Shown: positions 45,264 through 54,153 of the stretch, piece after piece
Layout: each line of letters begins with the position of its first letter
Position numbering within the stretch: the first letter of the stretch is position 1
NCBI GenBank assembly: GCA_038059415.1
Contig: JBBTJN010000179.1
Location: forward strand, 1 to 54,153
Length of the DNA stretch: 54,153 nt
Source of the DNA: Elusimicrobiota bacterium
GTDB lineage: Bacteria; Elusimicrobiota; Elusimicrobia; UBA1565; UBA9628
Direction: 5' to 3'
Made by a program: the position numbers and the translations under genes
Notes under the pieces: model-generated
Told to the model about the DNA's origin: nothing
Databases searched by the model: none
The model's input: only the letters and a program-made list of their open reading frames with translations

Positions 45264-46978
45264 AGGAAACCCTCCTGAATGTCGACTATCATGATGGCCC
45301 TGCCGTCACCAAGGATGGTCGCGCCCCCGATGCCGTTGATCGTTTTTAGAAACCCGGTCAAGTTCTTCAAAACGATCTCCTGGCGGCCCACCAACTGGTC
45401 CACCACGAGCGCGAACCGCGCGGTCCGGGACTGCACCACCAGGGCGTATCCCATCGCGTTCGACGGAATATTAAAAAACTTATTCAGGCGCACGAGCGGC
45501 AGGACCTCGCTGCGCAGGGCGATCACCTCTTGTTTATCGATGATCTTGGGCTTGACGATCCCCAAGGAAACGATCTCCAGGACATCGGCCAAGGGAAGAG
45601 CGAAGGTCTGCTCTCCCACCTGGAACAAAAGCGCCTGAATGATGGCCAGATTTAAAGGTAAAAACAACGAAAACCGGGACCCTTGCCCCAGCACGGAATG
45701 GATATCGAGATGTCCATTGATCGATTCGACCGACTCCTGCACCGCGTCCATGCCCACGCCTCGGCCGGAAAATTGGGAGACCATCTCCTTGGTGCTCAAG
45801 CTGGGATGACAGACGAGATACAGAGCCTCTTCATCGCTCATCTTGAGCGCTTTCTCCGCGGAGATCGCGCCCAGCCTCACCGCTTTTTCCTTCACGCGCG
45901 CAACGTCGATGCCTCCGCCGTCGTCGATGACGTCCACCACGGCGTAATTCTTTTCCCGCCGGGCGACCAGGGAAACCGTCCCGACCGTGGATTTCCCGGA
46001 AGACTTGCGCTTCTCCTTAGACTCGATGCCGTGGTCGATGGCGTTGCGCAGCAGGTGGACGACCGCCTCGTTGATTTTCTCCAGAAGCACGCGATCGACG
46101 GAGATGCCGTTATCTTGAATGACGAAGGATATTTCCTTGCGCAAATCGTGCGCGATATCCCGGACGACCCGCTGATAGCGTTCGAAGATGTCGTCGACGG
46201 GTACCATGCGCGTCTTCAGGACCTCTTCCTGCAGCTGAGTGCTGAGCCGCTCTAAAAATTTTACTTCGGAGATGAGCCCCGGCACGCCCAGTTCCCGGCT
46301 ATGTTGGATGAGGCGGCTTTTCGTGATGGCCAACTCCCCCACCAGATTCATGATGTCATCTAGGTGCTTAAGCTGTACGCGCACAACCGTGTTGCGTATG
46401 GCGTTCTTCGCGTTTTTGCGAGCCTCTTTCTTTTCGGCATCCTCCTCCAACATCTCGGACGGGACCGCAGGTTCCAGCGTCGCGACGGGCGCAACCGCGA
46501 CCGGGGCGGGGGCGACCGGGGCGGGGGCGACCGGGGCGGGGGCGACCGGGGCGGGAGCGACCGGGGCGGGAGCGACCGCCTGCCCCTGCGGCGGCGCGCC
46601 GACGCTCAGCGCCCTCTGCAAGTTATCTATGGAAGTCTGAATGTCGACTCCCTTATCCTGACCGGATTGGAACTCCAGCAAGAGGGCATGGAAAATGTCC
46701 AGAGAGGCCAGCATCACGTCGAGCGCCGACGTGCTCATATTGAGCGCGCCGTCTTTGATTCGTTCCATGCCATCTTCAAGATGATGGGCGTACTCCGCCA
46801 TTTTCGAGCATCCCATCGTGGCGGCGTTGCCCTTGATCGTATGCATCACCTGAAAGATGGTTCGAAGGCTGCCCTCATCCTGGGGCTCTTTCTCGATCGC
46901 CAACAGGGCCTGCTCAAGCCGCTCGAGCAGCTCCTCGCTCTCGCTGACGAAAATCGCGTTCAGTTTTGATAAATCCAT
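45260..46978 (-). CDS. cheA: Chemotaxis histidine kinase CheA (no P2 domain)
   Basis: HPt MHTIKG; VRV....LD.IMNLVGEL; HLLRNAIDHGIE; DDGGGID; SGRGVGMD; C-terminal CheW domain GATILGDG. Confidence 0.95.
   Translation of the reverse strand: MDLSKLNAIFVSESEELLERLEQALLAIEKEPQDEGSLRTIFQVMHTIKGNAATMGCSKMAEYAHHLEDGMERIKDGALNMSTSALDVMLASLDIFHALLLEFQSGQDKGVDIQTSIDNLQRALSVGAPPQGQAVAPAPVAPAPVAPAPVAPAPVAPAPVAVAPVATLEPAVPSEMLEEDAEKKEARKNAKNAIRNTVVRVQLKHLDDIMNLVGELAITKSRLIQHSRELGVPGLISEVKFLERLSTQLQEEVLKTRMVPVDDIFERYQRVVRDIAHDLRKEISFVIQDNGISVDRVLLEKINEAVVHLLRNAIDHGIESKEKRKSSGKSTVGTVSLVARREKNYAVVDVIDDGGGIDVARVKEKAVRLGAISAEKALKMSDEEALYLVCHPSLSTKEMVSQFSGRGVGMDAVQESVESINGHLDIHSVLGQGSRFSLFLPLNLAIIQALLFQVGEQTFALPLADVLEIVSLGIVKPKIIDKQEVIALRSEVLPLVRLNKFFNIPSNAMGYALVVQSRTARFALVVDQLVGRQEIVLKNLTGFLKTINGIGGATILGDGRAIMIVDIQEGFL
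46497..46578. repeat. 15-bp tandem repeat, about 5.5 copies (PVAPA) in the CheA linker
   Basis: GCGACCGGGGCGGG(G/A) units. Confidence 0.9.
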
Positions 46979-47007
46979 GGTTTAAATTTCCGACCAGCGG
47001 TCGTAAA

Positions 47008-47520
47008 TCACTTTTTATCCCATGCGGTGCTTTCCAGAATCAACTTCTCCATGTTCTTAAGCATCTTGTCCAGGTTAAGAAGCAGGATCAGCCGGTTGGG
47101 AAGTTTAGCCACGCCCAGAATATAATCCACGTCCACCTTGGGCAAATTAGCCGGAACGCCTTCTATGATGGCTGGAGCGATCCGCAAGACGCCGGTCACC
47201 GAATCCACGGTGAACCCCACCATCTGCGTTTCGATATGCGCCACGATGATCCTCGCTTTTGTCGAGTCCGTCACGCCTTCAATGGCAAAACGTTCTTTGA
47301 GGTCGATGATCGGGACTATTTTTCCGCGAAGGTTGCAAATCCCTTTGACGAACGGGGGCATGTTCGGAACCACCGTAATGGTGGTCGCCCGCACGATTTC
47401 CTGCACCTGCGTGGCCGATACCGCGTATTCCTCTTCGCCAAGGCCGAAGAGGACCCACTGGATTCCATCGCCTTTGCCATCGCCGTCTTTCTCTTTCGCT
47501 GAAAAATTTACTTCTTGCAT
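47008..47520 (-). CDS. cheW: Chemotaxis adaptor CheW
   Basis: F.LG.EEYA, VQEI, VP..PPFVKGICNLRGKIVPIIDL, GFTVDSV. Confidence 0.95.
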   Translation of the reverse strand: MQEVNFSAKEKDGDGKGDGIQWVLFGLGEEEYAVSATQVQEIVRATTITVVPNMPPFVKGICNLRGKIVPIIDLKERFAIEGVTDSTKARIIVAHIETQMVGFTVDSVTGVLRIAPAIIEGVPANLPKVDVDYILGVAKLPNRLILLLNLDKMLKNMEKLILESTAWDKK

Positions 47521-47565
47521 CACAGTTGCCCTCCAACGGCGCTCAACGACAATCCATCGCCCTCT

Positions 47566-48624
47566 TCAATTGGGTCGGGGGGATTGCTTTTTATTTTTAG
47601 CCGGCAATTTCACCAAAACGCAGCCCCCGGCGCCGGGCGTGATCGAAATCTCGATGTCTCCACCATGCGCGCGCGCGATTTTTTGCGCCCAACTCAACCC
47701 GATCCCGCGCTTGTTCTTCTTCATGGTGAAAAACGGTTCAAAAGCCTGTTCGGCAATGTATTCTTCCATACCTTCCCCGCTGTCCTGGAAGAGAATATAG
47801 GTCCATTGCCGCTGGATATCGCCGTAAGCTCCCACGGTCAGGGTGCCCCCTGCGGGCATGGCCTCGACGGCGTTGGTTAAAACGGCGTCAATGACACGCT
47901 TAAAAAGCGCGGGATCACACTCCGTGGGAGGAATCGAACCGGTGTCGATTTGCCAAAGCACCTTGGTCGCCGGAGTCGTCGAGATGGGGTGACTCGCCAC
48001 CACGCTGTTGAGCCACGAATTGACTTGAATGTCTTCCAGCTTCAGCTCGATGGGACTAAGCAGTTCGACGTACTCCTCGATGAAGCTCATGCTGCTTTCC
48101 ACGGACCGCTGAGCAAGCGCGATGAATTTAGCCCGGAAGTCTTCATCCGTCTTTTTTGCAAAGACCGGGAAGATCTGCAAAACGCTTCCGACGCTGTTGC
48201 GCAAATGATGCAACAGGACCATCGGGGAATCCCAGGATGCGATTTTGGAGTCGTCTTTCCTGGTCGATGAGCCATCATCCTGCAGGAGCGCCTGCACTTT
48301 GGCGCGCAGCACGGTCTGGGTAAAAGGCTTGAATAAAAAACCTTGAGCCAATCCATGCACCCAAGGGCTGTAGGCGTCGGAAGCGCTCATGATTAAGATG
48401 GGGAAAGTATGCCCGTTTTCCCTGAGTTGCTGGCACACCTGGTAGCCGGATATGTCCGGAAGTTGAACGTCCAGCAAAACGACGTCCGGCTTCTCTTTTT
48501 CCGAGACGGCGTAGGCGCTCTCGCCGTTTTGAACGGTTAGGACCGTATGCCCGGCCGGTTCCAAATATTCTTTTGTGGCGCTGCAGATAAACTGGGAGTC
48601 GTCCACGACCAATATTTTGGCCAT
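47566..48624 (-). CDS. Hybrid REC + histidine kinase (cytoplasmic, no sensor domain)
   Basis: ILVVDD...LLDVQLP...KP; H-box-like LHHLRNS; NAVEAM, DSGEGM, FEPFFT, GIGL, HGG. Confidence 0.85.
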   Translation of the reverse strand: MAKILVVDDSQFICSATKEYLEPAGHTVLTVQNGESAYAVSEKEKPDVVLLDVQLPDISGYQVCQQLRENGHTFPILIMSASDAYSPWVHGLAQGFLFKPFTQTVLRAKVQALLQDDGSSTRKDDSKIASWDSPMVLLHHLRNSVGSVLQIFPVFAKKTDEDFRAKFIALAQRSVESSMSFIEEYVELLSPIELKLEDIQVNSWLNSVVASHPISTTPATKVLWQIDTGSIPPTECDPALFKRVIDAVLTNAVEAMPAGGTLTVGAYGDIQRQWTYILFQDSGEGMEEYIAEQAFEPFFTMKKNKRGIGLSWAQKIARAHGGDIEISITPGAGGCVLVKLPAKNKKQSPRPN

Positions 48625-48775
48625 TACCTGTGCATCCAACGACCCCAACAGAAGTTAATCTTCATGAAATAAAACCGCCCTGATTGATCGGCCAATGGTA
48701 ATATACATACCAGTGCCTGTCAAGTGCGTATTTCGGACCGATGATTGCTCCCTCCATTTTGGATAGACTCGTCGC

Positions 48776-49171
48776 ATGATTCCCGTCTGCGCCGGCGTCA
48801 TCCTTCGCTCGGGCGCGGTTCTCCTCGCCCGGCGCGGTCCCGGCCGCAAGCACGCAGGTAAATGGGAATTCCCCGGCGGCCGCATCGAGGAGGGAGAAAC
48901 CCCCGCCTCGGCGCTCGTGCGCGAGCTGCGCGAGGAGCTCGGCATCGAGGCGACGGTCGGCGCCGAGGCCGCTCGGACGCGCCATGTCTACGATTTCGGG
49001 GAGATCGAGCTGATCGCCTTGCTCGTCACTCAGTTCACCGGCGAGATAAAGCTCACCGACCACGACGCGGTCAAATGGGCCGAGGCGCGGCGCCTGCTCG
49101 AGTACGACCTGGCGCCCGCCGACATCCCGATCGCAAAAGTCATCGCGGCCTACCGCCGGCGCAGGCATTGA
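48776..49171 (+). CDS. NUDIX hydrolase (MutT/NudG-like)
   Basis: WEFPGGRIEEGETPASALVRELREELG Nudix box; LAPAD. Confidence 0.9.
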   Translation: MIPVCAGVILRSGAVLLARRGPGRKHAGKWEFPGGRIEEGETPASALVRELREELGIEATVGAEAARTRHVYDFGEIELIALLVTQFTGEIKLTDHDAVKWAEARRLLEYDLAPADIPIAKVIAAYRRRRH

Positions 49172-49199
49172 AAAACCTCGGCCTTGACCGGGCGCCGAG

Positions 49200-50375
49200 T
49201 CAAGCCTTGAGGCAGCGCACAAGCGCGCGGTCGAGGTCGGCGGTGAGATCATTCGCGTCCTCGATGCCGACTGAGAGCCGGATCAACCCGTCGCTCAGGC
49301 CCGCCTTCAGTCGCTCTTCACGCGGAATCGAGCCGTGCGTCATGGACGCGGGGTGGCTGATCAAGGACTCGACGCCGCCCAGGCTCTCGGCCAGGGCGAA
49401 TATCTCGCAGGATGAGAGCATCCGCTTGGCCCGCTCCATGTCGCCCTTGAGTTCGAAGGCGACCATCCCGCCGAAATCGGACATTTGTCCTTTTGCCGTT
49501 TCGTGGCCGCAATGAGTGGGCAGGCCGGGATAATGGACGACGGCGATTTCAGGATGCGCCAAAAGGTGCTTGGCGACGATCATCGCGTTGCGACAGTGCC
49601 GTTCAATTCTCAGGGCGAGCGTCTTCGTCCCCCTCAGGAGAAGAAAGCAGTCGAGAGGCCCGGGCACCGCGCCAACGGCGTTCTGTAGAAACTTGTACTC
49701 CTTATGGAGCGCCTCGTCGTTGATGAGGATCGCGCCGCCGACGACGTCGGAGTGACCTCCGAGATATTTCGTCGTTGAATGAACGACGACGTCGGCGCCG
49801 AGGGACAGCGGACGCTGGAGGGCGGGAGAGGCGAAGGTGTTATCGACGACAAGTCTCGCCTTCCTCGCGTGGGCCAGCTTCGCCAGCGCGCGGATGTCCG
49901 TGATCTTGAGCAATGGATTGGAAGGAGTCTCGATCCAGACTAATTTCGTCTGAAGCGTGAACGCGGCCTCGACGGCAGCCAAATCGGTGGTGTCCACGAA
50001 AGTGAAGGTCACGCCAAAGCGGGCGAAAACCTTGGTGAACATCCGGTAAGTGCCGCCGTATAAATCATTGCCGCAAACGACATGATCGCCGGAAGAGAGC
50101 GCTTCGATCACCGTCGACGCGGCGGCCATCCCCGACGCGAAGCACAGGCCGAACGATGCGCCTTCAAGCGACGCCAAATTCATCTGGAGCGCGTTGCGGG
50201 TAGGATGCACCGTGCGCGCATAGTCATAGCCCTTGTTCTTCTCCGGCCGCTCTTGGACGTAGGTCGAGGTCAGATAGACCGGCGTCATGATGGCACCGGT
50301 CGTCGGGTCGGGGGACTGGCCCGCGTGGACGGCCCGCGTGGAGAAGCCCAGCTCATCGGAGGATTTGCTGTTCAT
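49200..50375 (-). CDS. Cystathionine gamma-lyase/synthase (PLP)
   Basis: TRAVHAGQ, YAR..HPT, FASGMAA, YGGT, ETPSNP, VDNTFA, HSTTKYLGGHSD, AESLGGVESL, RLSVGIE. Confidence 0.92.
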   Translation of the reverse strand: MNSKSSDELGFSTRAVHAGQSPDPTTGAIMTPVYLTSTYVQERPEKNKGYDYARTVHPTRNALQMNLASLEGASFGLCFASGMAAASTVIEALSSGDHVVCGNDLYGGTYRMFTKVFARFGVTFTFVDTTDLAAVEAAFTLQTKLVWIETPSNPLLKITDIRALAKLAHARKARLVVDNTFASPALQRPLSLGADVVVHSTTKYLGGHSDVVGGAILINDEALHKEYKFLQNAVGAVPGPLDCFLLLRGTKTLALRIERHCRNAMIVAKHLLAHPEIAVVHYPGLPTHCGHETAKGQMSDFGGMVAFELKGDMERAKRMLSSCEIFALAESLGGVESLISHPASMTHGSIPREERLKAGLSDGLIRLSVGIEDANDLTADLDRALVRCLKA

Positions 50376-51430
50376 GCCGGATCGGCGAGCATCTCGGAGA
50401 CGATGCGCTCGACGTCCTTCGTCTGGGGCTGGATAAAGTACTCGAGGTTCGGCGACAGGGCGATGCCCGGGGTGGCCTTGCCGGCCAAGAGGCGCGGGCG
50501 GACCTTGAGCTCGTAGAAGCATTCATCCACGAGCCGGCGGATCAGATGCTCCGCGAAATTGGTGATCTCCGTTTCCTCGTTGACGAAGACCACTCGGCCG
50601 GTCTTCCTCACCGATGCTTTGATTGCGTCCCAATCATAAGGGATCAGGGATCTCAGATCGATGACCTCAACGCAACCGCGACCTTCGGCCGCAAACCTGC
50701 GCGCGACATCGAGGCAGATCGGGGCCATGCGGCCGTGCGTGACAATGGTTGCGTCCGCGCCGCCGTGAGAAATCCTCGCTTTGCCGATCTCCACCGTGTA
50801 GTCGGTCAGCTTCGGCCAAGCCGCCTTCCACTTCGTGCGGTCGCCCAGCGGCGCGTCGATCATGCCGTGCAGAAGCTTCTCGTCGTCCGGTTCGCCGGGG
50901 ATGAGCTCCGCGCCCTTCGAACGAAGAAGGGCCTTCGGCTTGAGGAAGAGGACGGGATCGTTGCTCTTGATCGCCGCGATCATGAGGCCGTACGCGTCGA
51001 TCGGCGTCGAAGGGCAGACGACCTTCATGCCGTGCAACTTAGAAGCGAAGGAATCGAACGAATGTGAGTGATAAATGCTTCCATGTATGCCCGAGCCGGT
51101 CGGCGTCATCACGACCATCGGCGTCTTGTAGCGTCCACCCGACGACCAGTGGCCGTTGGCGGCGAGCTTGAGCATGTCGATGACGTTGAAGATGTAGTCG
51201 ACGAACTGAATTTCGGCGACAGGGCGGCCGCCGGCCCACGCGAGCCCGAGCGCCGCGCCGATGATGCCGCGCTCATCGAGCGGGGCATTCCACGCTTTAT
51301 CGAGGCCCTGCGTGGCGGTGAACACTCCGCCCAAGGGCGGGCCCACATCCTCTCCCAATATCTCGGTGACGCCCAGGTTCTGCTCGCCGTAGCGGAGCGC
51401 CATGCGGATCGCCTGCGCCATGTTGGCCAT
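50372..51430 (-). CDS. 2-oxoacid dehydrogenase E1 beta subunit
   Basis: GEDVG..LGGVF..T, PLDE, VAEIQFVDY, HSHS, VIDLRSL.P. Confidence 0.9.
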   Translation of the reverse strand: MANMAQAIRMALRYGEQNLGVTEILGEDVGPPLGGVFTATQGLDKAWNAPLDERGIIGAALGLAWAGGRPVAEIQFVDYIFNVIDMLKLAANGHWSSGGRYKTPMVVMTPTGSGIHGSIYHSHSFDSFASKLHGMKVVCPSTPIDAYGLMIAAIKSNDPVLFLKPKALLRSKGAELIPGEPDDEKLLHGMIDAPLGDRTKWKAAWPKLTDYTVEIGKARISHGGADATIVTHGRMAPICLDVARRFAAEGRGCVEVIDLRSLIPYDWDAIKASVRKTGRVVFVNEETEITNFAEHLIRRLVDECFYELKVRPRLLAGKATPGIALSPNLEYFIQPQTKDVERIVSEMLADPA

Positions 51431-51431
51431 G

Positions 51432-52469
51432 TCAGCTGCCGCCCTTCGTCGGATAGGACGGCGGGAGGCCGTCGGCGAACACGTCTTCCCATACGGTCTC
51501 GACCGCGGGGAAAGGCTCGGTCTTGACCTGATGATGAGCCGCGTCGAGGGCGGCCATCTCCGCGTCCCAGGTCCTCTTGAAATCAGCGGCCTTCGCCAGG
51601 CCGAACCGCGTCATATTCGTCTCGAGCAGCTCGATGCAGTCCGTCCCGGGGATACGATTGGCGCCGGAGGAGGAGGAGTGCCCGTACAGGCGGCTGCATC
51701 GAGCCTCGAGCAGATAGGGCTTTCGATTTTTACGAATATAGGCGAAGGCCTCCTCGAGCGCGGCCCACGACTCGGACACGTCGTTGCCATCGACGGTCTT
51801 GCCCGGCATGTCCGGAAACACCTTCGCCCAGTCGGAGATGTTCTTCTCTCCGTGCTGGGTGCGCATCTCCGTTGAGATGCCATAGCCGTTGTTGACGACG
51901 ATGATCAGTATGGGCAACGGCAACACGGGGCGATTGGCCCATACGAGGCAGGAGTGGAAGTCGCCCTCGGCCGTGCCCGCGTCGCCGCCGTTGACGATGG
52001 TGATCGCGTCGGTCTTGGCGTGCGCCTGCGCGATGCCAGTGCCGATCGAGGTCGAGTATTGAGTCTCGATCGTCGGAGAGACAGGGACGACGTTGATCTC
52101 GGGAATCGCGTAATGGTTGACGAAATTGCGGCCCTTGGAGTAGGGGTCGGTCGCGACCGAGCGCATCTGACGGATCGCGTCGATCGATTTGGCGCCCATC
52201 GCCATGACGATCGCGGCCGAGCGGTAGTGAAGATGAAGAAAGTCGAAGTTCATGCCGCGGCCTTTTTTGACCTGGAGGCCGAGAGACACGTTGAAGGCCT
52301 CCTCTCCGGGGCCGCCGATCCAGAAAAACCCGTCGCCTCCCTTGCTCATTTTAATAAGCCGTTCTTCCAACAGGCGGGCGCGGACCATCAGCTCGTGTAT
52401 CTTGAGAAGCTTGGCGGCGCCAAGCTTCTTGTACGGATCGGCGACGACCGGGGCTTTGGCGGTGGACAT
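51432..52469 (-). CDS. 2-oxoacid dehydrogenase E1 alpha subunit
   Basis: GEEA, HYRS, TPP motif GDAGTAEGDF...NN.YGIS, VDGND, RLYGHS. Confidence 0.9.
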   Translation of the reverse strand: MSTAKAPVVADPYKKLGAAKLLKIHELMVRARLLEERLIKMSKGGDGFFWIGGPGEEAFNVSLGLQVKKGRGMNFDFLHLHYRSAAIVMAMGAKSIDAIRQMRSVATDPYSKGRNFVNHYAIPEINVVPVSPTIETQYSTSIGTGIAQAHAKTDAITIVNGGDAGTAEGDFHSCLVWANRPVLPLPILIIVVNNGYGISTEMRTQHGEKNISDWAKVFPDMPGKTVDGNDVSESWAALEEAFAYIRKNRKPYLLEARCSRLYGHSSSSGANRIPGTDCIELLETNMTRFGLAKAADFKRTWDAEMAALDAAHHQVKTEPFPAVETVWEDVFADGLPPSYPTKGGS

Positions 52470-52477
52470 TGGCGGTC

Positions 52478-54031
52478 CTATCGACCCTCGAGTTTAACCG
52501 CCCGGTCGGCGCCCCGCTGCGCGAGCTTATGGGAAGGGAACTTGATTGAGACTTCCTTATATAGCTCGATCGCCTTGGCGTTGTCCTTGATCGTGTCCTC
52601 GTAAACGCCGGCTGCGTCGTACAGCGCCTGGGGAGCTTCCTTGGCGCCCGTGTAGTCGTTGGAGATCTTGCGTAGGATTTCGGCCTGACGCGGGTAGTCC
52701 TTGAGGTCTCGACGCGCAAAATCCGCGGCCTGCAGCAGCGCGTCGATTCCGTCCTGCCCACCGTGCATCGCAGACAGCCGCAGCAAAGTTTTCACGGCGT
52801 CCTCGCAGGAACCGAGGCGATCGCGCTGCAACTTGGCGATCGACTTGAGCGATTTAAGAGACGCAGGCGTCTTCGGGAACATCTTCACGATCCTCTCGTG
52901 CATCTCGACAGCGAGCGCGTATTGGTGGAGCTTGTCGTCGAAGAGCCGGGCGGAGTTCTCGAGCGCGGCCTGCACCTCGGGCGCCTTCGGATACATCTCG
53001 ATGAGCTCCTGATAGGCGTCGATCGCCTTCTTTGGATCGCGCAGAGAATCGGCGTACAGATCCGCGATCGCCATCTGTGCCGCGGAGCGTGACGCGCTCT
53101 CGGGGTACAGCACGAGGAGCTTGCGCCACGACAGCAGCGCCGCCGCTGGCTTGTCGTTGGCCGCGTGCAGGCGCGCAAGCGCGGACTGAAGCCTGTCGCC
53201 GTCCTTGTGGCTGGGAAAACGAACGGTGAAATCGCGAATCTCGGCGGCGACGGGCTCGTACAGCGCGTCGGGCGCCAACTCCGCGACCTTCCGCCAGAGC
53301 GCGGACAGGCGATCGGCCCTGTCGGAGGTCTCGGGCAGCTTCACGAGATCGTTCAGGATCGGGCGGTGCTTGCGCGACGCCTTCTTGTCGATCAAGGTCA
53401 GGAAGTCGGACTTCGCGCGCAGGCCGATCTTCGTGTCCGGGTACTCGTAGAGGAGGCGGAGCAAGGATGTGGCCGCGGGCTGCCAATCTCCATTTTTCTG
53501 CTTAAGGCCGGCCAGGAGAAGCATGGCCTCAGGCGCCTGCTCGGAGACGGGATGGCGGCGCACGAACACGGCGAGCTCCTCCATCGCGGCTTCCTGCACC
53601 TTGCCGTCAAAATCTTCAGCCGCGGCCTTCGCGAACACAAATTCCTCGGTGGAGCCAACGGCTTTACCGGCGGAGTCGACGGCTTTAGCGGCGGAGTCGA
53701 CGGCTTTAGCGGCGGAGTCGACGGCTTTAGCGGCGGGGGCCGGCTTCGGCTCCAGCTTCGGTTCGGGTTCCGGCTTTAATTCGAGCTCCGGCTTCGGCTT
53801 CGGTTCCGGCTTGGGCTCGGGTTTAGCCTCCTCTTTCGGCTCGGGCTTCTTTTCATCGAGCATCGAGGGGCGCGGCGGCGCCTTCGGTTCTACCTTCGCC
53901 GCGGCCGACGCGGCGGCTCTCGGCGTGTCGGCGACCTCCGCCGCGGGTGCGGCCGGGGCCTGGACTGGCGCTTCTTCTTGAGCGAACGCGGTGACGGCGC
54001 AGAACAGCAACGACGGAAGGATCAGTTTCAT
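52478..54031 (-). CDS. Exported TPR-repeat protein (BamD/CpoB-like repeats)
   Basis: Signal peptide (AFA), Pro/Glu/Lys-rich linker and repeated 'A...Y..L...YP.S' helical pairs. Confidence 0.85.
   Translation of the reverse strand: MKLILPSLLFCAVTAFAQEEAPVQAPAAPAAEVADTPRAAASAAAKVEPKAPPRPSMLDEKKPEPKEEAKPEPKPEPKPKPELELKPEPEPKLEPKPAPAAKAVDSAAKAVDSAAKAVDSAGKAVGSTEEFVFAKAAAEDFDGKVQEAAMEELAVFVRRHPVSEQAPEAMLLLAGLKQKNGDWQPAATSLLRLLYEYPDTKIGLRAKSDFLTLIDKKASRKHRPILNDLVKLPETSDRADRLSALWRKVAELAPDALYEPVAAEIRDFTVRFPSHKDGDRLQSALARLHAANDKPAAALLSWRKLLVLYPESASRSAAQMAIADLYADSLRDPKKAIDAYQELIEMYPKAPEVQAALENSARLFDDKLHQYALAVEMHERIVKMFPKTPASLKSLKSIAKLQRDRLGSCEDAVKTLLRLSAMHGGQDGIDALLQAADFARRDLKDYPRQAEILRKISNDYTGAKEAPQALYDAAGVYEDTIKDNAKAIELYKEVSIKFPSHKLAQRGADRAVKLEGR
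53658..53736. repeat. 21-bp tandem repeat, about 3.8 copies (AAKAVDS)
   Basis: ACGGCTTTAGCGGCGGAGTCG units; adjacent (EP/KP)n repeats. Confidence 0.9.
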
Positions 54032-54153
54032 TTGTATAACTCCGAGGCGCGGGAAACGGCGTTGACGACGTCGTACTTGGTCACGATGTCGTAGGCGGAC
54101 TTGCCCGTCTTGATCAAAACGGCCGGACGGTCGGGCGTGAAGTAGCGCAGGAC
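54028..54153 (-). CDS. 3' end of a CBS-domain protein, possibly cystathionine beta-synthase (partial)
   Basis: Hand translation VLRYFTPDRPAVLIKTGKSAYDIVTKYDVVNAVSRASELYK* resembles a CBS-domain end (avlv....giiTk.Dll). The stop overlaps the TPR gene ATG. Confidence 0.5.
   Translation of the reverse strand, partial: VLRYFTPDRPAVLIKTGKSAYDIVTKYDVVNAVSRASELYK

Noticed and set aside
48655-49252. Minus-strand ORFs 48655..48945 and 48662..49252
   Set aside because: They are shadows of the NUDIX gene and run through the AT-rich divergent promoter.
46497-53736. Short tandem repeats (also 30288-30350) as CRISPR arrays
   Set aside because: They have no spacers, unit lengths are multiples of three within coding linkers, and there are no cas genes.

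Overview
High-GC bacterial chromosomal window, mostly encoded on the minus strand. The style of the giant protein suggests Elusimicrobiota, but that is an impression only. I see no rRNA, tRNA, CRISPR array, integrase or transposase. From left to right: (1) a truncated low-GC secreted beta-helix gene, a 44-codon vWA remnant, a GT2 glycosyltransferase and a membrane-anchored hypothetical. (2) A ~2,700-aa protein fusing an M50 site-2 protease to a two-ring ClpB/ClpC-like AAA+ unfoldase and a helical-repeat tail, the most unusual object here. (3) A low-GC STAS-HATPase + STAS-like gene pair flanked by a duplicated, internally deleted copy of the neighbouring enoyl-CoA hydratase gene. (4) A ~14.5-kb anaerobic aryl/acyl-CoA cluster: HcrCAB-like molybdoenzyme, one HAD/BCR-family subunit plus one ATP-dependent activase, hydratases, dehydrogenases, thiolase, PanE, a CoA ligase broken by an in-frame TAG, and a divergent glutaryl-CoA dehydrogenase. 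(5) A ~21-kb chemosensory cluster: hybrid kinase, CheW, CheA, an FtsA-like ATPase with beta-grasp-like repeats, a CheC-CheD fusion, two near-identical MCPs around a c-heme DUF3365-like protein, two CheR, two CheB, a mini CxxCH protein, a REC3-CheC fusion, many CheY-like proteins and a terminal PilB/GspE ATPase. (6) NUDIX and an operon of CBS-domain gene, TPR protein, 2-oxoacid dehydrogenase E1 alpha/beta and cystathionine gamma-lyase. Family calls come from motifs recognised by eye, without database searches. GC statements are visual estimates.
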